64,000 nt of DNA from Thalia democratica. Lineage: Eukaryota. Shown one piece after another: positions 1 to 11,020 of the stretch. The translations under genes were made by a program, and so were the position numbers. Under the pieces are notes generated by a model. The model was not told the DNA's origin. It ran no database searches and saw only the letters and a program-made list of their open reading frames with translations. The stretch's first letter is position 1; the number at the start of each line of letters is the position of its first letter. The DNA lies in the NCBI GenBank assembly GCA_965202585.1, contig OZ241827.1, positions 72,106,001-72,170,000 on the forward strand. Reading direction: 5' to 3'.

Positions 1-319
1 ACAAACTATACACATAAAAATCCTAATGAGTTAAGTTTTAACTTAGTTTAAAAATAACACTATTTGTTTAATTTTTTCATAGTTTTTTTAGTTTTAATTT
101 ATAAGGAATTTGTTTTACAAAATTAATTCAAACTGAGAAAACTTTTCTAGTATTCATCATCATTACAGTCATGAAAAACTTCTTAACACACAAACAATGC
201 AGTATACTAGTTTTACAGGGTTGTTTTAAAACATTTTTCTTGTTTCATTTAGAAACATGTGGTAAGTAAAATCTAACATGTAATTGTAAATATATATGAA
301 GTTTTTTGTTAATTAAACT

Positions 320-450
320 ACCGGGACGGGTCAGATTTGCACGAAGGGTCCTTTTTACGCGAGTCCCCAATTTTGCAAGGAGTCACTTTTGTACGGTTGA
401 ATTGTTCAAATCAATTGCTTTAAAGTTTTTACCAAATTATGAAACAGATT
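320..450. repeat. GC-richer repeat with tandem TTTGCACG-type motifs, probably a transposon terminus (also ~24595-24720, ~31246-31376)
   Basis: GGGACGGGTCAGATTTGCACGAAGGGTC... with 3-4 degenerate ~15-bp units; the partner end was not found. Confidence 0.4.
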
Positions 451-1590
451 TTGCAAAAAATTGTTGAAACAACAATTTTGCTTCTACCGTTTGCAGTGAC
501 GTAACAATAGTTTTCTCATTTTTTTTAAACATACTATGATATATAAACCTCTACATTTAATGAATATGTTAGCCGTTGCTCATATGCTTCTTGACTAAAT
601 TTTAAAGCTGTTTCAAAACAGTATACATTACTATAAGTTAAATCAAAGTTAAACTGGTTTTGTATTTGTAATAAAGGTCGTTTTATAAAAAAATATATAA
701 CCATTTGATACATCACTTTTATAAGTCTACAATCTTTTAATTTAGAAATTGTGTTAACACAAAAGTTTCAAAATACCATCTGGTTTTCAGTGCAACAAAA
801 AAACGTCCTGTAATTTTTTAATAAACATAGATTAAATTATTAAAACTTATTGTAGGGTGTTATTTACATTTATGATGCTAGATTCAAGTCTCCTTTTTAT
901 ATAAACTGTTTAACAACTTTAAATGTATTATTGAGAAACAGAGTAAATGCTTACAAATCTAGGATTTTGTAAAATATGTAAAAAATATTTTGTTATATTA
1001 AAAAGGTTGAATTATTAAATAAAATCACCAATATTAATTATTAATACATCTTTACTTTTCAATTGTTCTTAAAATACCTTTTCAACAAAATAAAACAACA
1101 CATTAACAACTTATCAAGAGACGTACTGAAAGAAACATTTGTAATACAATAACATAACTTATTGCTTATTCTTAAATTGTTAAATTAGTTTTAAAAAATT
1201 CTAGTTAAATTAGTTGTTTCATAAATATATGAATATATGTAGCTAGTAAAATATTAAGTTGTCAGTTTATTGTTTGTTGTATGAAAAATAATAATGGGTA
1301 TGCGTTAATAGTTATTAACCTAGCTATCTTTTTAAAAAACTACTTTAGCTTATTTGAATAGAATTAACTTATACAAATTAGTTTTAGTGAAAACGATTTC
1401 TGTTTTAAGTTTTTTACTGTAATATACGAGAAGTTCACAAGGTTTTTAATTATTGTTTTTACTTGTTTCAAATACTTTAATGTGTTACTAGTCTGTAGTT
1501 TTCAAACATTTCTAGTTACAAAAATATATTTAATAATATTTTAGCAACACTACAGGCTTTTTTTTTGTACCTGTAAAATTTATTTTTGTC

Positions 1591-3004
1591 ATGGCGCGAG
1601 GGAAAATGGGACCTGCGTTGGGCAAACCACGTGTTCTCTCAAAAGGAGCAATTCGGAGAATGCAAAGAAAGAAAGGAATATTTCAAACATCAAATGCCAC
1701 TGATTTAAAAACAAGCGAAATACCGGGAAAATTAGAGCTTCGAGGCATGGATATTTATGTTTTGTATCAAAATAGGTACTGTGACCAGCAGGAATTTGGT
1801 GTGGTTTTTTGCGGACGTAGGGATAATAAAACAGAAAGATTTTCTGAGCATGTAGTAGAACTAAAAGGTAAAAAATTAACAAGTTTGCCTTTAATGTTGA
1901 AAGTAAAACGTGCTTGTAAGTCTGCAGTGATTGGATCAAATGTTTATAATGTTACAGATGCTAAATTTTTTGACTCTGATCCTTCTATTGATGTTCTTTC
2001 CAACAACAATTGAAAAAAAACTGACATCTATTCCTTGTCATAAGAAAGACTTTACCCTTTGTTCGTTCATGCAACAATTATTTTTCATCAGTGGTGTGAA
2101 TCAAAGGGCTGAAAGATCAGAATATTACAGTCGAGTCAGAATTCCTGTTTACGATTGTTTTTGTTTTGATCCGAAAAGTAACCAATGGAAAATTAAAGCG
2201 TCGATGAGACGGATCAGAACAGAAGCTGCCTCGGCGGTTTTTCGAGGTAAAATTGTCCTGACTGGAGGTGTATGTAATAGTAATGAAAATTATAGAAAAT
2301 CAGTGGAAGAATACGATCACCACAAAAACAAATGGACGTACTTACCTAACATGATCAAAAGAAGATGCGGTCATTCCGCATGTAGTATGGGTAACAAACT
2401 GTTCATAATCGGTGGATATAAGAACAATAACTGTGAAGTTTTAGATAATTTTTCTGGTAAATTTTCCTTAATCAAGTCGCCATTAGTTGGAGATTATGGC
2501 AGTCAGTGTGTCTGCTTGGGTGACAAAATAAACGTTTACCGTTTCAGTGAGCGCAAAAAATTTGTATACGATACAGGTACAATTAAATGTGTGACCAGAA
2601 GACTGAACTTCAACAAAAGCAAAGACGAATGGTTGAGCTGTGTTAGATGTCCGAGTACTTGTAGAAATGTCTCAGAGTCTCTGAGGACTTTAGAGTCAAA
2701 TTCTTTAGAAATCTTAACCAGTGAAGCGTCAAAACCTGCGTGTAACTTGAGTGATAATGCCGAAAGATCTTTTGAAATTTCTAATTTGGATCTTTTAGAA
2801 AGTGATTCAACTCAAAGTGGGTCTAAAACTTTTTATTGGTCCGATGATAGTTATCTATCTGATAGTTATACAGATAGTTTTACATCATCTACAAGTTACA
2901 CATCATCTAATAGTTCATTAGAAAGTAATGAGGATAATGAAAATGATTCGTCTGAAAATTTTTTAGAACCAGCTGCAAAAAAAATTAAAGAAAATGAAAT
3001 TTGA
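1591..3004 (+). pseudogene. Kelch-repeat gene K1 (no BTB), H4-like leader, acidic tail; split by one frameshift at ~2011-2020
   Basis: ORFs 1591-2013 and 1931-3004 join into one kelch protein (KIVLTGG, SVEEYDHHKNKWTYLPNM, RCGHSACSMGNKLFIIGG). Paralogues read AAT TGG AAA AAA CTG (NWKKL); here AAT TGA AAAAAAA CTG (stop plus +1 shift). No introns are needed in the CDS. Confidence 0.85.
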
Positions 3005-4309
3005 TGACCGAAGTCCCCTAGGAACTGAAGAACTTATCTTTGAAATATCAAAGAAAATTAGCTTGTGTTAATTAAACTTGTTAATTTTTGTAATCAGATA
3101 AATATAAGTTAAAGTTTTTAAAATGTACGATCAGTGCGTTAAGTGTTTTTTAAGTATAAGTTTTAATTTTTTTTCTAATTATAAAACAAAATACAATAAA
3201 ATTTTATATTAATCTAAAAACGTATCAGGTATGTTTATGGTAGTTATATTATGAATAGATTTTTTCACAAAAAATGTATTAGAAACACGACGATTTTTGA
3301 TTTTAGTATACTTAATATTTATCTACTTGAGCAGTTAGAAAAACAAAGGCAAATAAAAATAATTTATACAGAACTATAACAAAATTATACTTAAAACATA
3401 ACGAAGCTATTTGAAACAATCAATGTGTGACAAAATAATTCTAGTTCTTTCATGTGCAAAAAGAAGCATTATAATTTTTATTTTTGCAATGTTTTAGGAT
3501 AATGAAAGTTTTATAAGTATTACAATTATTTATTTTAAAATTTGTATGCTAGTATTGCCCTAAGTTTCATTTTTACAACTTCAATCTATTTTGTTTTGGG
3601 TCATTATAAATAAATGTACTTAAGTTGTTATTAAAATCTTGAATAAAATTTGTTATACAAAAACATGTAGGTTTTATTTCATAGATATTTAATTTAAACA
3701 AGATTAACCTGCATAGTATTTTAAGTAATACATTCAAAACAAATTTTTTTTAATGTAAGAAAACTTATTTGTTGTTTAAGTTCATGTGTTATTTTTTTTC
3801 TACGTTTATAGGCTATAGCTAATTTAATTTTATTAATTAAAAAAAATAAAATAAATTCGTTTAATATATACAAAAAATTTAAATGTTTATTCTTAAGCAT
3901 ACGAAATTGCACTACCGTCTGTTTTTAAAAGTTAATCGAAGCCGAATACTAGTTTGCGTTTTTACCAGTAACTAGTTATTGTTATAACAAGTTTAACATT
4001 TTTGAAGCAATATGTTTCAATCAGTATAAATTACAAGTTACAACGTATGTAGTGATTATGTAAACATAAAAAAATGGTCAATAACGTGTGATCCATTGGA
4101 CTAGGGCAGTGAAGACGTGTGGTTCGGAAAATTTACAAGCATTTAAAAATTACTCCTTAACATAATATTTTCAGGACTAGTTGAGTGAGATAAAAACATT
4201 ACATTGATAACAAAAGTTAGATAAGAAACAAAAAATTTTAATACTTTAATTATATTATTAGTTTATTAGTTTGTTTAGGTCGGGCATCTGCTTTAATGCT
4301 CCACCGGAC

Positions 4310-4750
4310 GTTACGCCTTCGGTCTAGAGCAGGGGTCGGCATTCTTATGTGACTCGCGGGCCAATTTTCTTAAAAAAATATGCTCGCGGGCCGCACTATT
4401 TAGAAAAAAACCTTTGAGGGCCGTATTTATTTAAAAAGATTCAAGTAATCAGTAAAAAAAAACAATTTAAGACTAAAAATATAACAAATTAAGTAATATT
4501 AGACCATTAGTAAAGATTTTTTATTGAATTAAGAGCTTAAATGTAAGTATTTATTACAAAAAATAAAATTTTTATTCTTTTTGAACAGTATATTTTTTGC
4601 TGAAAGGAGCTCGCGGGCCGCAGATTTTGACTTAAAGGGCCGCATTTGGCCCGCGGGCCGCAGTTTGCCGACCCCTGGTCTAGAGGTATAATTCCTGAGC
4701 AGAACTTACTACAGCTCATATGGTACTGGGTTCGAGTCCCGAACGCGTCA
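4310..4750 (+). other. Degenerate tRNA-like (SINE-head-like) element interrupted by the hAT MITE; paralogues at ~28565-29080, ~6940-7810 and in copy 2
   Basis: A-box-like (T/C)GGTCTAG(A/G)GGTA and B-box GGTTCGAGTCCC (~4725-4740) lie ~45 nt apart once the MITE is removed. No valid cloverleaf. Confidence 0.45.
4330..4677. mobile_element. hAT (Charlie/Buster-type) MITE, 348 bp
   Basis: TIR CAGGGGTCGGC / GCCGACCCCTG; 8-bp TSD GTCTAGAG at 4322-4329 and 4678-4685; CGCGGGCC subterminal motifs. Confidence 0.92.
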
Positions 4751-6066
4751 CTTTTAAATAAAGTAAATTCTGTTTTGAATTGAGCTTTTAATGCCCCATG
4801 CTATAAAATATATTTTATAACCTTGTAAAAAGCAGATTTTTATTTTACTTAATTTTGTCACACGTTAAATTTTATCAAGTTTCAAACTTACTCTGTAGTT
4901 TTGCCTAAAAGTGTTTTTGATGTTAAAATAATGTAAAGAAACGCTTTTTTAAGCAATATTACTTAGGTATTTTTTATCCTTTTTTTTAATGGTTTTATAG
5001 CATCGTGTAAACACTTACTTTACTGCCACAAAACAAACACAGTATTGATTTATTGATTTTACTAACGCATTTAGTTGAGTATCAACAAATACCAGTTGGT
5101 CTCACAGGGGCATCACTAACAGTGGAGTGCGGACCCGCAACTGAAAATAGCAAAAAATAATTAGATTTTATCTTTTAAAACTTGAAAAACAAAACACAAA
5201 AATTCTAGCGCATTTGGTGTTTCAAACTAAACTCAAAAACTCTATCTATAACAAAAGTTATGCAAGTATACGCAAGGAAATTTGAAGGGTTTTTGGTTTG
5301 TTAAAATTTTGATGTCTTTAAAAATTTATAATCAATGTTTAAATAAAATCTTTTATAAAACTATTTGAGCATAAAAACATATAATTGCTTTCTTTATTGT
5401 TTAAAATTGTTTTTTAACTAATAACTTAATAAATTTATTTAGTTTTATTGTCAATTTAAAAGATTTTTTTCGTAAGATAAATCAGTTATGTATTTTAGTA
5501 GGTTTTTTATCAACATCCTAGTAAACTTTAAAAATTAAAATACTTAAGGGCGCATGGAAAAAATTTGTACACATTTTTAAATTCTCACATTTTGTAGATT
5601 AAAAAAAGACTACTAAAACCTTTATAGTATACGCGCTTTTTCAAAAAAAAAAGACTAAAACTAACACTGAACTCTACTTGTGCAAAACAAATAACATTTA
5701 GTTTTTTGATGCTTGATATTTTGAAATACGCTTTTAATTTGGTTGCAGTTCACAATAGTACTTCCTAGATCACAATAATACTAAATCAATTTATTACGAA
5801 TTTGCTCGAGTTTTTCAAATTATTACATGTTAGTTTTTTAAATTATGCTACCCTTAAGTACAATTTTTTAACAAGTTGAAACTAGAAAGGATTGTTTAGT
5901 AAAATGGACTTGTCCATCACTAACTTAAGGTTTCATTAGTTTCAAAACAAAACATATTCAAACAGAAATGATGACAGATTACATAAGGTTTTTTAATAAT
6001 TAAGTATTTTAATACACTTTACTGGCCTTATAAGAAAATAACTGTAAAATACTTTGAACACATCCG

Positions 6067-6250
6067 AGAAGACTAAACTTCAACAAAAGCGAAGACGATT
6101 GGCTGAGCTGGGTTAGATGTCCGAGTACTTGTAGAAATGATGCTTCAGAGTCTCTCAGGATTTCAGAGTCAAGTTCTTCTGGATACCTGAACAATGAAGT
6201 GTCAGGACCGGCAAACGATTCAAGTGAATCTGGCGAAAGTTCCTTTGAAA
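6067..6250 (+). pseudogene. Short internal kelch-family fragment, followed by a paralogous 3' flank (~6260-8650 resembles ~3560-5660)
   Basis: Reads RRLNFNKSEDDWLSWVRCPSTCRNDASESLRISESSSSGYLNNEVSGPANDSSESGESSFE. Confidence 0.75.
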
Positions 6251-6953
6251 GGTTTCTATCAAACAGTTTTAATTTATACTGTTTGTGTTCATTATAATCA
6301 AAAGTTTTTCTGTTGATGTTGTATTTTTGAAAATAAACTTTATAAAGAATTTTTTTTTTATTGAAATAGATATTTAATTTAAACAAGTTTAAGCTGCATA
6401 GTATTGTTTAGTATTAGATTAAAAGCCGATGTCTTTTAATATAAGTTAACTTGTTTGTTATTTTAGTTCATGTGTTAATTTTTTACTTAACATAAAAACT
6501 TTATATTAAAACATACCAAATTGCACTACCGTCTGTTTTTAAAACGTTACTCGAAACCGAACTAAATTTTCAATACCAATTTGCGTTTTTGATAGTAACT
6601 ATTTAGTGTTTTAAATACAAGTTAAACATGTTAGAAGCAATATGTTTTAGAAAATAATATAAATTACAATTTACAAAGCATGTAGTGTTCATATAAATAT
6701 ATAAAACGGTTAATAATGTGACAACTTAAACCATTGGATTAAAGCTGTGACAATGCGTGGAAAATTTACAAGTATTTTAAAAAGTTCCTACTTAGTTCTA
6801 AATTTTCAGAAGTAGTTAAGTAAGATAAAAAGATTAAAACAAATCGATTGTAAACAAAAGTTAAATAAAAAATAACATCTTATTTTAATATTAGTTTATA
6901 ATTTTGTTTAGGTGGAGCATTTACTTTAATGGTCCAACTGACGCTAGCTAAGG

Positions 6954-7249
6954 CAGCGGTTTTTAACCTTTTTTCATATTTTACCTCTTTTTAAACAGTA
7001 ATTACCAAGGTTACCCCCAACTTACAAAATAATGTTTAATTTTTAGAAGATAAAAACTAGATTTTTTGAACTTTAAGCTTATTATATAAAAAAAACCGTA
7101 AAACTAAGATAGTTTATTAACTAAAAAACAAAACACAGTTCAATACTAACTTAAAATCTAAAAAGACAACTATTAAACATTAATTTACACAACATATATA
7201 ACAAAATACTCCCTAAAACGAGGCAATTTACCCAACTTAAGGTTTGCTG
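6954..7249. mobile_element. Older hAT-like MITE directly abutting the 7258 element (duplicate at 37878-38173)
   Basis: Starts CAGCGGTTTTTAACCT (Charlie-like end) and ends ..GCTG; absent from the paralogous site at 4320. TSD and right TIR are eroded. Confidence 0.5.
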
Positions 7250-7257
7250 GTCTAGAG

Positions 7258-7736
7258 CAGTAGTCGGCACGGTGTACACTGGTGCACACTAGTGTACATG
7301 AAATTTCCTTTAGGGTGCACGAGACTTTTGGGGTGCATGAAACTTATTTTGGGGTACATGAATTTCTTTTTGGCGCAGAAACTAAATTAAAGTTTTTTTT
7401 TAATATTTCTACATTTAAAGCATATTCAACCTTGATATTTAATTTACCATTTTGTTGTAAATAAAACGACCATTTTTGTACTCTCCTAGTTCTATTCTGT
7501 TACATTATGTAAAATTTCTTCGATCCCTAGCCTAGAAATGGATAGGGTAAACTGTTAAATTTAAATATAGCGTGCACAAATTAATTTGGTGTTACCGAAT
7601 TATAATTAAAAACAACCATTAAAAGTGTTTACATATTCTTAAACACCCGCGGCGCTGAAGAATGCAAATTGAGGTGCACAGCACTTTAATTTTGTTATTT
7701 AGGGTTCACAGATTCGAAGTAGCGTGCTAACCACTG
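7258..7736. mobile_element. Second hAT MITE family, 479 bp
   Basis: Imperfect TIR CAGTAGTCGGCAC / GTGCTAACCACTG; left TSD GTCTAGAG at 7250-7257 (right copy altered here, intact in the duplicate); GGGGTGCATGAAA internal repeats. Confidence 0.8.
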
Positions 7737-9963
7737 TCCAGAGTGTATAATACCTAAGAAAAACCTACTGCAGCACATATGGTACTGGGTTAGAGTCCTG
7801 TACGCGTCGCATAAGCTCTTTTTTGAATTGGGCTTTTAATTCCCCATACTATAAAATTTATTTTATAATCTTGTAAAAAGCAGATTTTTATTTTCTCAAG
7901 TGTTATAGGTTTAATTTTATTAAGTTTTACATTTTCTCTGTAGTTTTGCCTAAAAGTGTTCTTGATGTTAAAACAATGTAAAGAAAAGCTTTTTACAGCA
8001 ATATTACTTAGCTATCCTTTATTTTAATTATTTTATAGCATCGTATACACACTTACTTTATTACTTATAAACGAACACAGTATTGATTTTACTAACACAC
8101 TTAGTTGAGTATCAACAAATACCTGTTGGTCTCACAGGGGCATAACTAACAGTGTAGTGTGGACCCGCAACTGGAAATAGCAAAAAATAATTGGATTTTA
8201 TCTTTTAAAATTTGAAAAAAAAAACAAAGATTTTAGCGCATTTAATATTCAAACTAAACTAAAATATTCCATCCATAACAAAAGTCATGCAAGTTTACGC
8301 AAAGCGATTTGAAGGGTTTTGATTCGTTGAAGTTTTGATGTTATTAAAAATCGAAAATCAACGGTTAAAAATTTTAAGATATAAATATTTTTTGCTATCA
8401 TTATTATAGTTTGTAAAAGGTGTTTTAAAGATTCATTTCAAAAATTCATTTAGTATTTTTTTTTAATTGATTATGTATTTTTTGTATGTTTTTTTATTAA
8501 CACCATAGTAAACCTTCCAAGCGTAAAAAAATTCAGTAAGCATGGAAAATAAGCGTATATATATTTTTAATTTTCACACTTTGTAGATTAAAAAAAAAAC
8601 CAACACATTTTTTGCATACATGCATTTTCAAGAAAAAAAGAATACAATCAAAACTAAACTCTTGGACTTCATTACAAAAAAAACAAGGTCATTTTGGGAT
8701 CAAATAAATAGCCACTTTAGATGATTGAATTGCGTCGGTTACTTAAGTTGACCTATAATATAACTATGACATAACAGAAAAAATTTGGTTGTGTTTGGCA
8801 AAGTTACTGCATATACAATATGTAAATTTTTATATGCTACTACTATTAACATTGCTGTTTACTTAATTTTTTAAGTAGATATGACATCATAACAAAAAAT
8901 AATTATCTTATAACACTAGTAAATAATAGAATAACGAATTTTATTAATAAAAAATAAGACCCATTTTTTTCTTTTTTTTTTACTTAGTATTTAAAACCAA
9001 AACATAATTTTTTTCCACGTTTTATTCAGTACAATATACATTGAAAAGCTACATAATAGATTTTATTTATTGTTAGTTAACTTAATTTCAACAAAATTTT
9101 GAATGTTTAAATTTATAAATTAATTTTAATTGTAAATTTCACAAACAGTACTAATTTAAGTTTTCTATTTGAAACTTAAATTGTGACTAGCATACAACTT
9201 ATGAAAAAAAAAAAATTACTGTAACACTTATAAAATTGTCATTTAACAAAAACTAAATACTAAACAAGAAAAAAAAAGCCAGTGCAAATCTTCTTTTTAA
9301 GACGAAAACAGTTGTTTCAATGCAGTTTGACTATGTTCCATAAGCACTGTCTGTAGTCGAACATCTTTGTAAACATTGTAATCAAATTAAAGTTTTTCGA
9401 TATACTATTATGTATTATTATTTTTAGAAAACAAACCAGTTGTTATTAATATTTTTAAATAAAACAAAATAAGTTTTTAGATACTTTGAACAGCAAAAGT
9501 TACAAAAAGCTGAAATTTTTTACAGCACATAAAATTAAATTTTATTTTATTCTATGCTGTTACTCAGCTATTACATAGAATTGGTTGTTGTATTGTAATC
9601 TAAGTATTTTATTTGTTTTAGTTTTTCAAACTTGCGCAAGTAATATTAAAAATAATTTATCAAAAAATGCTGTTTTTCTTTTACAGTTTGATCAATAAAA
9701 AACTGTAACAGATAAACTTGTAATGAAACATATTTGGTACTTCTTTATAACTATAAAAATTAGTGACAAAACTAGACAGCTAGACATAAAAACAAAAATT
9801 AAAATTGCTACTAAAAACATAGTTTAATTAGTGCTTTGAGAATACATTTCAAATTTTGTAACAAATATTTTAAGTAATTATTGAAGTAAACAAGTTTTAA
9901 TTACTCAAACTAACCATAACATTTCAGTGACTCTTCAGGACCTAGCGGATTTGTTCATCAAAT

Positions 9964-10509
9964 TTAATTTCCTTTATATATTTTTGCTGCTGGTTCTGAA
10001 CAGCTTTCAGATAAATAGATTTTACTATCCTCACTACTTTCTGATGGTCTATCAGATGAAGTAAAACTACCAGACGACGAATAATCATCAGACCGAGAAT
10101 ACCTTTGAGACCAACTTTCAATTAACTCATTTTCTGAATGATCAAAACTATAGTTTTAAAAAGAACTTTCGTCAGACTCACTCAAGTTACTAGCTGGTCT
10201 TGACGCGTCACTGATTGGAAGAATTGAAGAATTTGACTCTGAAATCCTGAGATACTCTGAGGCATCATTTCTACAAGTACTAGGACATTCAACACAGCTC
10301 AGTCATTCTTCTTTGCTTTTGTTGAAATTTAGTCTTCTGATCACCCATTTGTTTTCATCTGTATCGTATAGATACACTTTGCGCTCATTAACACGGTTAA
10401 CGTTTATTTTGTTACCTAAAAAGACACAATAGTTGCCATAACCTATAATAAATGCTGACTTAAAAAAGGAAAATATTCTAGAAATTAGTTGTCGAAGACT
10501 TCACAACTT
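9964..10509 (-). pseudogene. Kelch family 3' half with internal stops
   Basis: Reverse complement reads SCEVFDN..FSR..GNKINV..YDTDENKWVIRRLNFNKSKEE*LSCVECPSTCRNDASE..EPAAKIYKGN*, homologous to the K3 C-terminus. Confidence 0.8.
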
Positions 10510-11020
10510 TGGTTCCTAGTAACCAAGACACTCCTAGTAACCAAGGTGATCCTAGTAATCAAGACACACCTAGTAACCAATGCATTACTAGTAACCAAAG
10601 CATTTGTAGCAACTAATGCGTTCCAAGCAACCTTTGCTTTCCCGTTACCAAGGTGTTACCATGACTACGAACACTCCTCCCGTAACCACCTTGCGGATGA
10701 AAACTGTTGCTAGGGAGCAAAAGAGAGCGAATCCGCTACCTGGCGCCCTCGGACCTCACGGAACAAGTTACTTGTCTGCAGCTGGAAAGAAAGAGGAAAG
10801 TGAAAGAAAAGTTCAAACTATAGTTCAGCAGCGTAAAAGGGCGGTAGCACAAGGTAGTCAACAGGAACAACCACCGACGAAAAAGATTAAAACATCAGAA
10901 GATGAAAATGTTGCATCAACAAGTACAAATGAAAGTGAATCTTCATCACCAAGTACAAAATTGAGACCGAAAAGTAAACATCAAAGTACGACTGAAAGTT
11001 TGTACGAAGAGTTTAAATGA
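10510..11020 (+). pseudogene. 5'-truncated paralogue of the PSNQ-repeat gene
   Basis: About 5 of the 18-bp units, CAA>TAA at ~10615 and a 1-nt deletion versus the 63562 ORF. The downstream part (ORF 10616-11020) matches 63860-64000 and ends with PPTKKIKT...LYEEFK. Confidence 0.75.

Noticed and set aside
480-716. ORF 534-716 (and 31460-31642) as a gene
   Set aside because: Overlaps a dispersed degenerate repeat also seen at ~53755-53900, where the frame is not preserved.
1720-1770. Extension of H4 similarity to the C-terminal helix (LKLLGR / MDI vs H4 MDVVYALKRQGR)
   Set aside because: Too short, out of order and needs a ~30-aa deletion; not distinguishable from chance by eye.
1589-1939. Antisense or alternative-frame ORFs over kelch and PSNQ sequences (1589-1939, 32515-32865, 27081-27338, 27120-27365, 6009-6386, 36934-37119, 10489-10713, 41424-41648, 63549-63764)
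   Set aside because: Shadows of the real coding frame; no independent motifs, and they are not conserved between paralogues.
2005-2025. Programmed ribosomal frameshift or transcriptional slippage at TG-A8
   Set aside because: The in-frame TGA precedes the slippery run, so changing A-run length leaves the stop. The site is not shared with K3 or the 17992 copy, and no stimulatory structure is evident.
1591-3004. Viral (poxvirus/NCLDV) origin of the intronless kelch genes
   Set aside because: No viral hallmark genes or gene-dense organisation; the flanks are ordinary TE-rich host DNA. It cannot be excluded without a phylogeny, but it is unsupported here.
4310-4750. Functional tRNA gene
   Set aside because: Acceptor stem is out of register, the anticodon arm has a ~13-nt loop, and every copy is interrupted by a transposon.
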